Both the position numbers and the translations under genes were made by a program. Positions 18,948-27,158 of a stretch of 64,000 bases of DNA are shown one piece after another (within the stretch, counting starts at the first letter, position 1; the number at the start of each line of letters is the position of its first letter). This DNA is from a virus (taxonomy: Duplodnaviria; Caudoviricetes), in IMG/VR virus record IMGVR_UViG_3300032170_000128, positions 3,072 through 67,071 of that record. One strand, given 5' to 3'. The notes under the pieces were generated by a model. It searched no databases. It saw only the letters and a list, made by a program, of their open reading frames with translations, and was not told the DNA's origin.

Positions 18948-21900
18948 TTAAATTTTCTCCACCTTTCGCCGATGAGCCAGACCGGCCATGGAGAACCCCG
19001 TTACCCTCCCTTCTTTGATGTCCTTCCATATGCCGGCATCCAGGACTCGGATTATCAATACCCATGACCCTTTCTTCACCTTCTGCTTGTCCACCTCAAA
19101 GTTTGCCGGGACTATGTAGTTCTCCAGGATGTTGATCTTCTGCGTTATCTGCTCGCCCTTGTGCTGGAGCTTGAATTTTTTGGAGTGTTCCATGTAGTAG
19201 TAACAGGCGTCCCTTATTTCTTTCTCCGTCGCATAGTCCCCCTGGACATCCTCCTTCATCGGCTCGTAGACGATGCCGCCCACTATATGCTCCTCCTCCG
19301 ACACCTTGAAGATGGGGACCTGTATCTCCTCTCTTTCCAGAAGGTCCCTTTTTTTGAACTTCACTTCCTTTATCTTTCCGGCCAAACCGTCCCACCATTC
19401 CTCCCAGCCACTCTGACCATAAATCACTTTTCCAGCCACCACGACCCGGGGCCTTCCAGCCGCTCCTGTATCGCACAGCGAATGGAGTCCTTCCATTCCG
19501 TCGAGCTTTTCGCTCATGGCTTCCGCCTCATTGTCCTCTCTGAGGTCTCTCATCCTGAACACAACGAAGGCAACCCTCTCCTTGCTTTTTCCTTCATCCG
19601 TTGATCTTATTTCTATTCTCTCTATGCTGTTGAGTTGCTCCAGCCATCCGTCTTTTATATGCTTGTCGACTTCCAACCCTTTCCAGCTCTTTTTAGGCGA
19701 GTCTGTTCTTCCGGCGAGAGGTTCTTCCGGCAGTTTTCCATAAACGGCTTCGTATGCGAATGTCGGGCTGTTGAGCTTCTGTCTTTGTTTTTCAGCCTCC
19801 TCTTCCTTGAGCTTGGATATCATCCAGACCCGTTCGCCTTTCTTCCCGGCCTCGGTCACCGGCACATAAGCCATGAGATATGTTCCTTCCGGAATGAGTT
19901 TGCTGCCTTTGAACACTAGCTTTTTGGCATGCTTGTCCTGCGGCTCTACGGCCTCGAACGTGAAGCTGTCCAGCAGGAGCATCGCCCCGTGCAGGTTCGC
20001 CGTGGCCCCGGCTTCTCCCGGCGGGAATATCTCCATCCTGTTCTTGCCGGCGTCCATCCATTCCACAGGCCCCCGTATGGTCTCCGCCTCCGGCTCTTCC
20101 TTGCGCGGCACCTTCCATCCGAACCGAAGCTTCCCTCCCTGCTCCAGCTTCTTCAGCTTGTCCAAGCCCGAGAGATTGCCTACCATTATCTCGCCACCTT
20201 CGAAGTAGTCATCGCCCTTCCTCACCATCCGCAGGTCTATGTGGCAGCCCTGCTCGCCGACTGCACCCTTGAGGAGGAGCTTCAGCCTCAGGGGGTTGTG
20301 CTTGGATCTCACGGCCTCGGCCGATGCCTTCTTCAGCGCCTCCACCTTTTCTTCCTCTATGCCCATGATATGAAGTTGCAGGACCGCCCTTCCGGCGTCT
20401 CCGACCACATAGTCAATTCCCCCCTCTTTGATCTTTGCGAATTTTGCCTTTAATTCATCTCTTATATTGGGATTGGGATTATCCCCAAATTTCTTACCTG
20501 CTTCTCCATTTTTAATTTCTTTTACATAATCTATATCGCTGAAATTTCTCCTATCATGCTCTTCATTTATCCACTCCTTAAAATGCTTCTCACAAAACCA
20601 AGCATGTGCTATCCCATTTGCCCATATAATTTCATAATCTGGGGGGTCAGAACACCTCATGCATTGGGTCCTTTTATGCCTTGCCTTCTGCAGGATGTTC
20701 GCCCGCTCGGCTATGTCCATCGCCTGCTTCGCAAAATAAGGCTCTTTCCTGTCTTTGTCTATGTCCAATACCCTGGCGCCCAGCCACTGGAGCTTCTTCT
20801 CCTGAGGGATGATCTCTTCGACGCCCATGGTCAGAATCTCTCCGGGTTCTGCCTTCATTTTCGTGTTATAGCATTTGCCCAGGTTGATGTATTCTTTGCC
20901 CCTGAATTCTGTCAGGTTCTCGAATCCGCTGTCGCCCGGCAGCAGCCCGCAGGTGTAGTTGTAGTTACCGCCCTTGACCTCGTGGCGTTCCAGCACTATG
21001 ACTTTGATCTCGGCCTCCCGCTTTATCTTGGCCCAGGTCTCGCAACTTCCGTCGGTGTCCCACTTGCCGTCAAGCGTCTTTATCAATATGCCCTCGCTCT
21101 GCGGAAACTCCGCCAGCTTCCTGAACTGCTGCTCAAGACCTTTCCTATCCTTCACCACATTGTACGAGGTAAGGCCAAAATGGGGGTCGCTTTTGAGGTA
21201 TTTGCTGAAGAATACTTCAAGGCTTTTTCTCCTCTCCGATAGGGGCTTCTCGTGCAGGTCTTCCTTCCAGTAGGGGAGATCGAACATCGTGGCCTTGATA
21301 ACATCGCCTTCCTCTAACTCGGGTTTGTCGGCCATGAGAGTCATAAGCCGGATTCTGGGCAGTGCCTTGCCGTCCCGCTCTATTCCCATACCGCAGTCGA
21401 TTATGAAATCGTCCGGTATCTTCTTCAAGGCCTCAGCCAAAGGAGCTAGTTGCTTTGTCCTATCCTTGTTTCCTTCGGTCTTGAGCCTCACCTTGTCGCC
21501 TGCCTTCTCCATGATGAAGCGAAAGGCATTGAGCTTCTCTTCCACATCAAGCGGGAATTTGTCCTTCGCCCAGTTCCAGACCTCCTCCACGGAGAAAGCC
21601 TCCGTCAGCCCGGCCATCGTCGGCTTTGGGGGAATAAACTTTCCGAAAGGTGTCAGGGCAGCTTTCTTTAAATCCTCTATATTAAGTACTGCGATCGCGG
21701 AGTTCGATTCCTCGATCTTTCTTATCTTCCACTCATCGCCGAAGCATTTCTTGAAATCCTTGAGTTCCTTGAACTCCTGCTTGTGCGTCGGGTCCATCCT
21801 CTCTCCCAGTGGACTCAGGATTATGATTCGCTTCTTTGCTATCCGACAAGCATCCTTGAGCAGCTTCTCCGGGGACTCCAGATGTTCCAGCGCATGCACG

Positions 21901-24900
21901 CTTATCACATTGTCGAAGGAACTGTCTTCGAATGGAAGCTCATCTTTCTCAAGATCAGCCTTCTTAGTCTCAAGGTCTCTTTCCTTGCAGTATCCCAGGG
22001 CGATATCGCTGTTGTCCACGCCGGCTACTTTCCTGCCCGATCGCTCCAGCAACTTCAGAAGCCTGCCTGTCCCGCAACCGAGGTCCAATACGCTTCCCTC
22101 AGCCAGGCTGTTTATCACCTCTAGGTTGTCCCTCATAAGCATTTCGTCCCAGTCATCAAGGCCCTCGAAATACTCTCTTTCTCCTTTTGTTAAGTAAATT
22201 CCTGTTTTCTTCAAAGGGAAATTGGAGATGAGAAGCTCGGCTCTAAATTCCTGATTCGGGATGCTTCGCCAATTCTGAGGACTCTTCGTTCTAACTACAT
22301 TGAATTCTTTAAAAAATATCCTATTCTCCCTGTTATCGTTGAGCGATAAAATGAATTTCCCCTTTATTTTTCTTAGCTGAGCCAATAAATCTTTTTTTTC
22401 AACCCCATGTTTTTCAGCCTCTGTGACAGCTTTAGTTCCAGGATAGGGCGGATCAAGATAGAAAAAACTATCTTGAGAGTTAAACCTCTCGATTATTTTC
22501 CTGTAATCTTTATTAAATAATTGCACATTTCCAAGTCTCTGTTTAATATCAGGCAACCGCTTATACAAAGTATCTTTATAATCATTTTTCCTTCTGTCGT
22601 CCCTTGCAAATGTTTCTTGCATGCCTGCATAACTCCATACTTTAGTCAACAAAAATTTATGGAATCTTTCAACATCGTCCTTGGGGGCCAGAGCCTTTAA
22701 TCTCTCAAAGTTAAGATTGTTGTAGTTCCAATTCAGATTTCCTAATTCCTTCATACCTTTATCTTCTAATTTTTTTAAAAAACTATAAGCGAACATAATC
22801 TCAGAATTTATATCATTTATCACTTCAACTTCGCTCGGCTCTTTGGCAAACAGCACAGCTCCGCCGCCTACGAAGGGCTCCACATAAGTCTTATGTTCTG
22901 GGATGTAACTTACTATGGTCTTGGCCAGATATCTCTTACCGCCCGGTGAACCGAAGGCCGACCTGGTGCCTTTCTCGATTTCCTCGTCTGTTTCTCCACT
23001 GACCCCATCTGTGCTTTCTTCTTTTGCTAGGTAAATGTCTGTTTTCTTTAGGGGGAAATTGGAGATAAGAAGCTCGGTCCGTGTCAAAGTGGGTTTAAAT
23101 TCATCTATCAGTTTGCCTGTTTTAACTTTCTTTAATTCATAACTCACAAATAGCTTTCTATTTTTTAAGTTGTCAGGCAAAGATAAAATAAATTTCCCTT
23201 TTAGAGAGTCTACAAATTGTTTTAGTTCATTTATATCGATTTGCAAATCTTCAAAATTTGCTGTCTCTGGATATGGCGGGTCTAAATAGAAAAAGGCATC
23301 TTTTGAATCAAATTCTTTCAGGGCTTTATAGTCCTTATTTAAAATCCTGACTTTAGAAAACCTTTCCTTGATTTGTTCTAATCTATTAACTCCGTCCCAG
23401 CTCTGATTTAATCTAAGCGGATTTGGCTTTTTGCTTTTGCTCGAAAATGACCCCCACCTCAGCATAATAAACTTATGGAATTTATCTATGTTATTAGCTG
23501 GTGTGACTTCTTTTAATTTCAAAAATTTAAGATTAGTTAATTTCCAGTCTTTTTTTCTCAATTCAGATAAGTCATCTTCGGTGACACCCTTGATAAATTT
23601 GTATGCAGAGGTTATCCCTGGGTCGAGGTCGTTTATTATCTCGTTCTCGCTCGGCTCTTTGGCGAACAGGACCGCCCCTCCGCCCACAAAAGGTTCTATG
23701 TAAGTCTTGTGCTCGGGAATAAATCCCACTATGGTTTTTGCTAAGTATCTCTTCCCTCCAGGAGAACCGAAAGCCGGCCTGATGCCTTTCTCGATCTCCT
23801 CGTCTGCGCTTTCTTCCTTCGCAAGATAAATGTCTGTTTTCTTTAAGGGAAAATTAGAGATGAGAAGCTCGGTCCGGCTATGCTGCCAGGAGCCGCCCAC
23901 GTCTATCTGCTGGGAGGTCCTGACCTTTTTTATTTCGAAATCTTTGAACAGCTCCCTGTTTTTTGAATTGTCATTCAGACTCAGGATGAATTTGCCTTTG
24001 AGCTCGCAACAGAATTTATGGAGTTCTATCATATTGATTTCGCCGCCCATCGCTCCTGTTTCAGTTTCCGGATAAGGGGGATCGAGATAGTAGAATGAAA
24101 AAAACGAGTCCCTTGAATCAAAAGTTTTCAATTCCTTATAATCTTTATTGAAAATTTGAACGTTTTTAAGCCTTTCTTTTATTATCGGGAGCCTTGTTAA
24201 AAATGTCTCTGCCAAATCTGTCCCCTCCCGGTAATTGTCGTAGTTTCTTCCCAGCTTCCCATAACTAGCCGTCCTTACATAGATGAATTTTCTAAACCTT
24301 TCTCTGGGGTTTGAAGGCCTATGACTTTTAAGTTTATCAAACAAACTTTTCTTAATGACCCAGTCCATGGCTTTTAAGGATTTATAGTCATCTTCCGTCA
24401 TGTTTTTAATGAACTGATAAGCGAATGTTATCTCTGAATCTTTATCATTGATTATTTCTCTCTCGCTTGGCTCTTTAGCGAATAAGACAGCGCCTCCTCC
24501 TACGAAGGGTTCAATATAAGTTTTGTGTTCTGGAATAAAACCCACTATGGTTTTGGCTAAATATTTCTTGCCGCCAGATGATCCAAAAGCCGGACGCACC
24601 CCTTTTTCTAAATCTTCGGGCTTGTGACAGATACCGCCGGCCTCTTCCTCATCACCGCATATCAGGCAGCGCGGATGGCCGTTGGGATGCGTGTATTTTG
24701 CCGGCTTGAACTTGTGCGGCCACTCGGCTTTTTTCCTGTTCTCCCTTATCCTCTCCGTCTCCTCGTCACACTCTTTGCGCTGGGCTGGCATGAGGCCCTT
24801 GCTCACATCAACACTCTCTTTGACCCTGATTATCTCCATCTTGTCCTTTGCCCTGAGCACAAGGTCGAAGAGAGGTATGTATGAGCTATGGGGACCCGAG

Positions 24901-25361
24901 GGATGGTAGATGAATTCCATGTCCTTGTGCAGGACCTTTGCGAGAGTCCTTCCCAGCTTGAGTTCGAGCGTCTCGTCCCTCTGGCCTTCGGGGGTTCTTA
25001 TGACGATGTCGACATCGCCGGCTTCCTTGGGGTTTCTGACATAGGACCCGGCTATGGAACAGTAGTCGGGGATCACCACCACATCCCCCAGGCTGGCGGC
25101 GGAGAACTTGAAGATGGCGGAGTCGAAGACGAACTTGTCCAACGAACTCACCATCCTGGGCGAGATCAACCTCTTGGCCATCTCCTTGAGCAGAAGCCCA
25201 TAGCGGTTCAGGAAGCTCTTTTTGCTCAAGTCTCCCAGACATTCCTTGCCCGTCTTGTAGAAGTGCTTGTCCCAAGTCTGGATGAATCGGGTCCTCAGTA
25301 TTTCCAATTGTGAGTTGGAAGCCCTGGAAAGCCCGCTTTCTGTCACCTGTTCTATGTACAA
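18948..25361 (-). CDS. 2137-aa multidomain head polyprotein: nucleotidyltransferase + 3x Dam-like N6-adenine MTase + class I SAM MTase + ATP-dependent ligase-like + LigD phosphoesterase-like + unknown + XkdF-like prohead protease
   Basis: GSYVR...GDVDIV; three AFGS.GGK...EPFVGGGAV...YLDPPY units; VLDLGCGTG; EEKLNAFR/FD/EGILIK/WAKIK plus OB fold; LQLH...HIDLR; C-terminal VGGIVYEP...DVQGDY...HKG...GSW...GFSMAG. Confidence 0.85.
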   Translation of the reverse strand: MYIEQVTESGLSRASNSQLEILRTRFIQTWDKHFYKTGKECLGDLSKKSFLNRYGLLLKEMAKRLISPRMVSSLDKFVFDSAIFKFSAASLGDVVVIPDYCSIAGSYVRNPKEAGDVDIVIRTPEGQRDETLELKLGRTLAKVLHKDMEFIYHPSGPHSSYIPLFDLVLRAKDKMEIIRVKESVDVSKGLMPAQRKECDEETERIRENRKKAEWPHKFKPAKYTHPNGHPRCLICGDEEEAGGICHKPEDLEKGVRPAFGSSGGKKYLAKTIVGFIPEHKTYIEPFVGGGAVLFAKEPSEREIINDKDSEITFAYQFIKNMTEDDYKSLKAMDWVIKKSLFDKLKSHRPSNPRERFRKFIYVRTASYGKLGRNYDNYREGTDLAETFLTRLPIIKERLKNVQIFNKDYKELKTFDSRDSFFSFYYLDPPYPETETGAMGGEINMIELHKFCCELKGKFILSLNDNSKNRELFKDFEIKKVRTSQQIDVGGSWQHSRTELLISNFPLKKTDIYLAKEESADEEIEKGIRPAFGSPGGKRYLAKTIVGFIPEHKTYIEPFVGGGAVLFAKEPSENEIINDLDPGITSAYKFIKGVTEDDLSELRKKDWKLTNLKFLKLKEVTPANNIDKFHKFIMLRWGSFSSKSKKPNPLRLNQSWDGVNRLEQIKERFSKVRILNKDYKALKEFDSKDAFFYLDPPYPETANFEDLQIDINELKQFVDSLKGKFILSLPDNLKNRKLFVSYELKKVKTGKLIDEFKPTLTRTELLISNFPLKKTDIYLAKEESTDGVSGETDEEIEKGTRSAFGSPGGKRYLAKTIVSYIPEHKTYVEPFVGGGAVLFAKEPSEVEVINDINSEIMFAYSFLKKLEDKGMKELGNLNWNYNNLNFERLKALAPKDDVERFHKFLLTKVWSYAGMQETFARDDRRKNDYKDTLYKRLPDIKQRLGNVQLFNKDYRKIIERFNSQDSFFYLDPPYPGTKAVTEAEKHGVEKKDLLAQLRKIKGKFILSLNDNRENRIFFKEFNVVRTKSPQNWRSIPNQEFRAELLISNFPLKKTGIYLTKGEREYFEGLDDWDEMLMRDNLEVINSLAEGSVLDLGCGTGRLLKLLERSGRKVAGVDNSDIALGYCKERDLETKKADLEKDELPFEDSSFDNVISVHALEHLESPEKLLKDACRIAKKRIIILSPLGERMDPTHKQEFKELKDFKKCFGDEWKIRKIEESNSAIAVLNIEDLKKAALTPFGKFIPPKPTMAGLTEAFSVEEVWNWAKDKFPLDVEEKLNAFRFIMEKAGDKVRLKTEGNKDRTKQLAPLAEALKKIPDDFIIDCGMGIERDGKALPRIRLMTLMADKPELEEGDVIKATMFDLPYWKEDLHEKPLSERRKSLEVFFSKYLKSDPHFGLTSYNVVKDRKGLEQQFRKLAEFPQSEGILIKTLDGKWDTDGSCETWAKIKREAEIKVIVLERHEVKGGNYNYTCGLLPGDSGFENLTEFRGKEYINLGKCYNTKMKAEPGEILTMGVEEIIPQEKKLQWLGARVLDIDKDRKEPYFAKQAMDIAERANILQKARHKRTQCMRCSDPPDYEIIWANGIAHAWFCEKHFKEWINEEHDRRNFSDIDYVKEIKNGEAGKKFGDNPNPNIRDELKAKFAKIKEGGIDYVVGDAGRAVLQLHIMGIEEEKVEALKKASAEAVRSKHNPLRLKLLLKGAVGEQGCHIDLRMVRKGDDYFEGGEIMVGNLSGLDKLKKLEQGGKLRFGWKVPRKEEPEAETIRGPVEWMDAGKNRMEIFPPGEAGATANLHGAMLLLDSFTFEAVEPQDKHAKKLVFKGSKLIPEGTYLMAYVPVTEAGKKGERVWMISKLKEEEAEKQRQKLNSPTFAYEAVYGKLPEEPLAGRTDSPKKSWKGLEVDKHIKDGWLEQLNSIERIEIRSTDEGKSKERVAFVVFRMRDLREDNEAEAMSEKLDGMEGLHSLCDTGAAGRPRVVVAGKVIYGQSGWEEWWDGLAGKIKEVKFKKRDLLEREEIQVPIFKVSEEEHIVGGIVYEPMKEDVQGDYATEKEIRDACYYYMEHSKKFKLQHKGEQITQKINILENYIVPANFEVDKQKVKKGSWVLIIRVLDAGIWKDIKEGRVTGFSMAGLAHRRKVEKI
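22190..24610 (-). repeat. Three tandem roughly 800-bp Dam-like MTase units with conserved ends
   Basis: Near-identical unit ends at about 22191-22240, 23025-23080, 23820-23875; shared junction TTTCTCGAT(C/T)TCCTCGTCTG at about 22971 and 23787; divergent AT-rich middles. Confidence 0.9.
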
Positions 25362-25461
25362 ACGGCATTCACCCCCTTTTCTCCCCCAAGAAACGCGCTG
25401 AGAGCGCCTGTGTGCGGCGAACTCGAGCGTCCTAGGGCAGTTGTATTGACTTCTTCGCCTT

Positions 25462-25647
25462 TCATCTTTTTCGCTCGAAAACTATGTCGTTCTTCTGTTC
25501 GGGCAGCGGTTTTGAGTGGTCGTTCTTGCCCGATAAGATTATGTTCGGAATGCCCTCGGGGAATGCCTTGCATTCCGGCCACCAGTCCGCATCCATGCGT
25601 TTATGTCTGCACTTGAGGCATACATTGATATGGAATATCATCGTCAT
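25462..25647 (-). CDS. Small Cys/His protein downstream of MuF (candidate immunity/partner), 61 aa
   Basis: CLKCRH...CKAFPEGIP..ILSGKNDHSKPLPEQKNDIVFE; ATGA overlap with MuF stop puts the start at 25647. Confidence 0.7.
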   Translation of the reverse strand: MTMIFHINVCLKCRHKRMDADWWPECKAFPEGIPNIILSGKNDHSKPLPEQKNDIVFERKR

Positions 25648-27158
25648 CCTCCGGTCAAAATCAGGTTCGCCTTCTTCTGGGCTCCTTTGGGCAAAGACGA
25701 CATTCTGAAGCCTTTCTTCGTAACCCGGCTCACCCATTCGGCCCATGCCTCCCCCCAGTTCATTTCCGCATAACGGGACGGCAGCCAGCCTGTTTTTGTA
25801 TATATTAAATTTATATTTAATCCCACATACTCCCCGTGCGTTAGGACATTCTGCAAAGCATGGCCGAGCTCATGTCTTATTGTCCCTCCTAAAGTAGCAT
25901 CGACATAATATTTGCCTTCTGTGCGGTTTATGATCGCCGATATTTTGGGGTCGACTATGATCTTAGTGCCCTTTTGCATTCTGTCCAGTTTATCATAGAT
26001 GCCCGTGATGGTCCCCGCCGCAGGGTTGTCCGGGCGCCCCATGTTGACATGATAAAATTTTATCTCGCCTTTTTTCAACTTGTTGAAATACCTGGGCTTT
26101 AGCTTCAGTTCCAAAATGGATATCTGTCTGTTGAATTCATTCGCCAATTCCAGGTTCATCTTTCTGAATGCGACTCCCATTTCCTTTATCAGATTCAAGT
26201 GAGATGGGTCCGCACCTTTAAACAAATCCGCCTCTTTCCCATAATAAAAGCCTTTGCTGTTCGCCCAGCTCTCGGCTTCCTTTAAGCTGTTTGCCGGTTT
26301 CCATTTCTCCGGCGCCTTCTCCGCCGGCGTCATTCCGCACCGGCAATCCGGATGCAGAAGATCAGGGAAGTCCGCCCGACGATACACCCTCCCGTCCAGG
26401 GTGGCGCAATCCACGCATGCGTCCGGCGCCGCGAGGTACTGGATGCGCTCCACCCCGAGCTTCTCGTAGCGCATGAGCGTGCCTTCGTGGACCGCCCTTG
26501 CCGACTCCGTCCTGGCGATCGTCTCCGCCCTCAGCTCGTGCATCCTGTTCACATACTTGTCGAACATGGCCTCGCGCCTGGCCGGGCTGAGCCTCCGGTA
26601 CTTCGGCATCGTCTGGAGCTTCGTGTAGTAGTTCGATGCCGCCGCGGTCTGCGCCTTGTTGAGTCCCGCAAGCGGCTTCAGCTCCTCTGTAAGCTGGAAC
26701 ACCGTCTTGCCCTGCGCTATAGCATCAGATACATGGGTCCTGATGGCATCGACGGTCTCGTCCAAGATGTCCGTCACCATGTCCCCGGCATTCGCCGCCG
26801 CCCACTCGACCGCCTCCACATTCAGGACATCGAACTGCTTCGCAAAACCGCCCGCCTTCGACGCCTCTATGATGAGGATGTCGAGGTAGGCCCGTTTCAG
26901 CATCCGCTCGCCCTCGGCCCTGAGCATCTCCCAGTCCGCGAGCTTCTTCACGGCGAGAACCTTCCTTGGAGTCTTGAGTCCGCGTCGCACCTCGCGGTTT
27001 ATGAGTTTCAGCCATCGCCCGACCGCATGCCGGAGTTCGACCTCGGCTTCCCTCCCGGCTACCTCGCGCCGCTTCCTGACCTCCTCCCAGTAGCCTATCT
27101 GTCCCAGGAAGTGGATGATGACAGCGTGAAGCCTTGCCAGCCTCTCATTTTTCCGCAT
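25644..27158 (-). CDS. MuF-like minor head protein with C-terminal zincin metallopeptidase extension
   Basis: RAETIARTE...C..C..LDG...HPDCRC MuF motif; extension has IRHELGH (HExxH) and PSRYA...EAWAE. Confidence 0.85.
   Translation of the reverse strand: MRKNERLARLHAVIIHFLGQIGYWEEVRKRREVAGREAEVELRHAVGRWLKLINREVRRGLKTPRKVLAVKKLADWEMLRAEGERMLKRAYLDILIIEASKAGGFAKQFDVLNVEAVEWAAANAGDMVTDILDETVDAIRTHVSDAIAQGKTVFQLTEELKPLAGLNKAQTAAASNYYTKLQTMPKYRRLSPARREAMFDKYVNRMHELRAETIARTESARAVHEGTLMRYEKLGVERIQYLAAPDACVDCATLDGRVYRRADFPDLLHPDCRCGMTPAEKAPEKWKPANSLKEAESWANSKGFYYGKEADLFKGADPSHLNLIKEMGVAFRKMNLELANEFNRQISILELKLKPRYFNKLKKGEIKFYHVNMGRPDNPAAGTITGIYDKLDRMQKGTKIIVDPKISAIINRTEGKYYVDATLGGTIRHELGHALQNVLTHGEYVGLNINLIYTKTGWLPSRYAEMNWGEAWAEWVSRVTKKGFRMSSLPKGAQKKANLILTGG

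Noticed and set aside
22190-24610. Possible diversity-generating retroelement TR/VR pair
   Set aside because: No reverse transcriptase seen, and differences between repeats are not confined to adenines.
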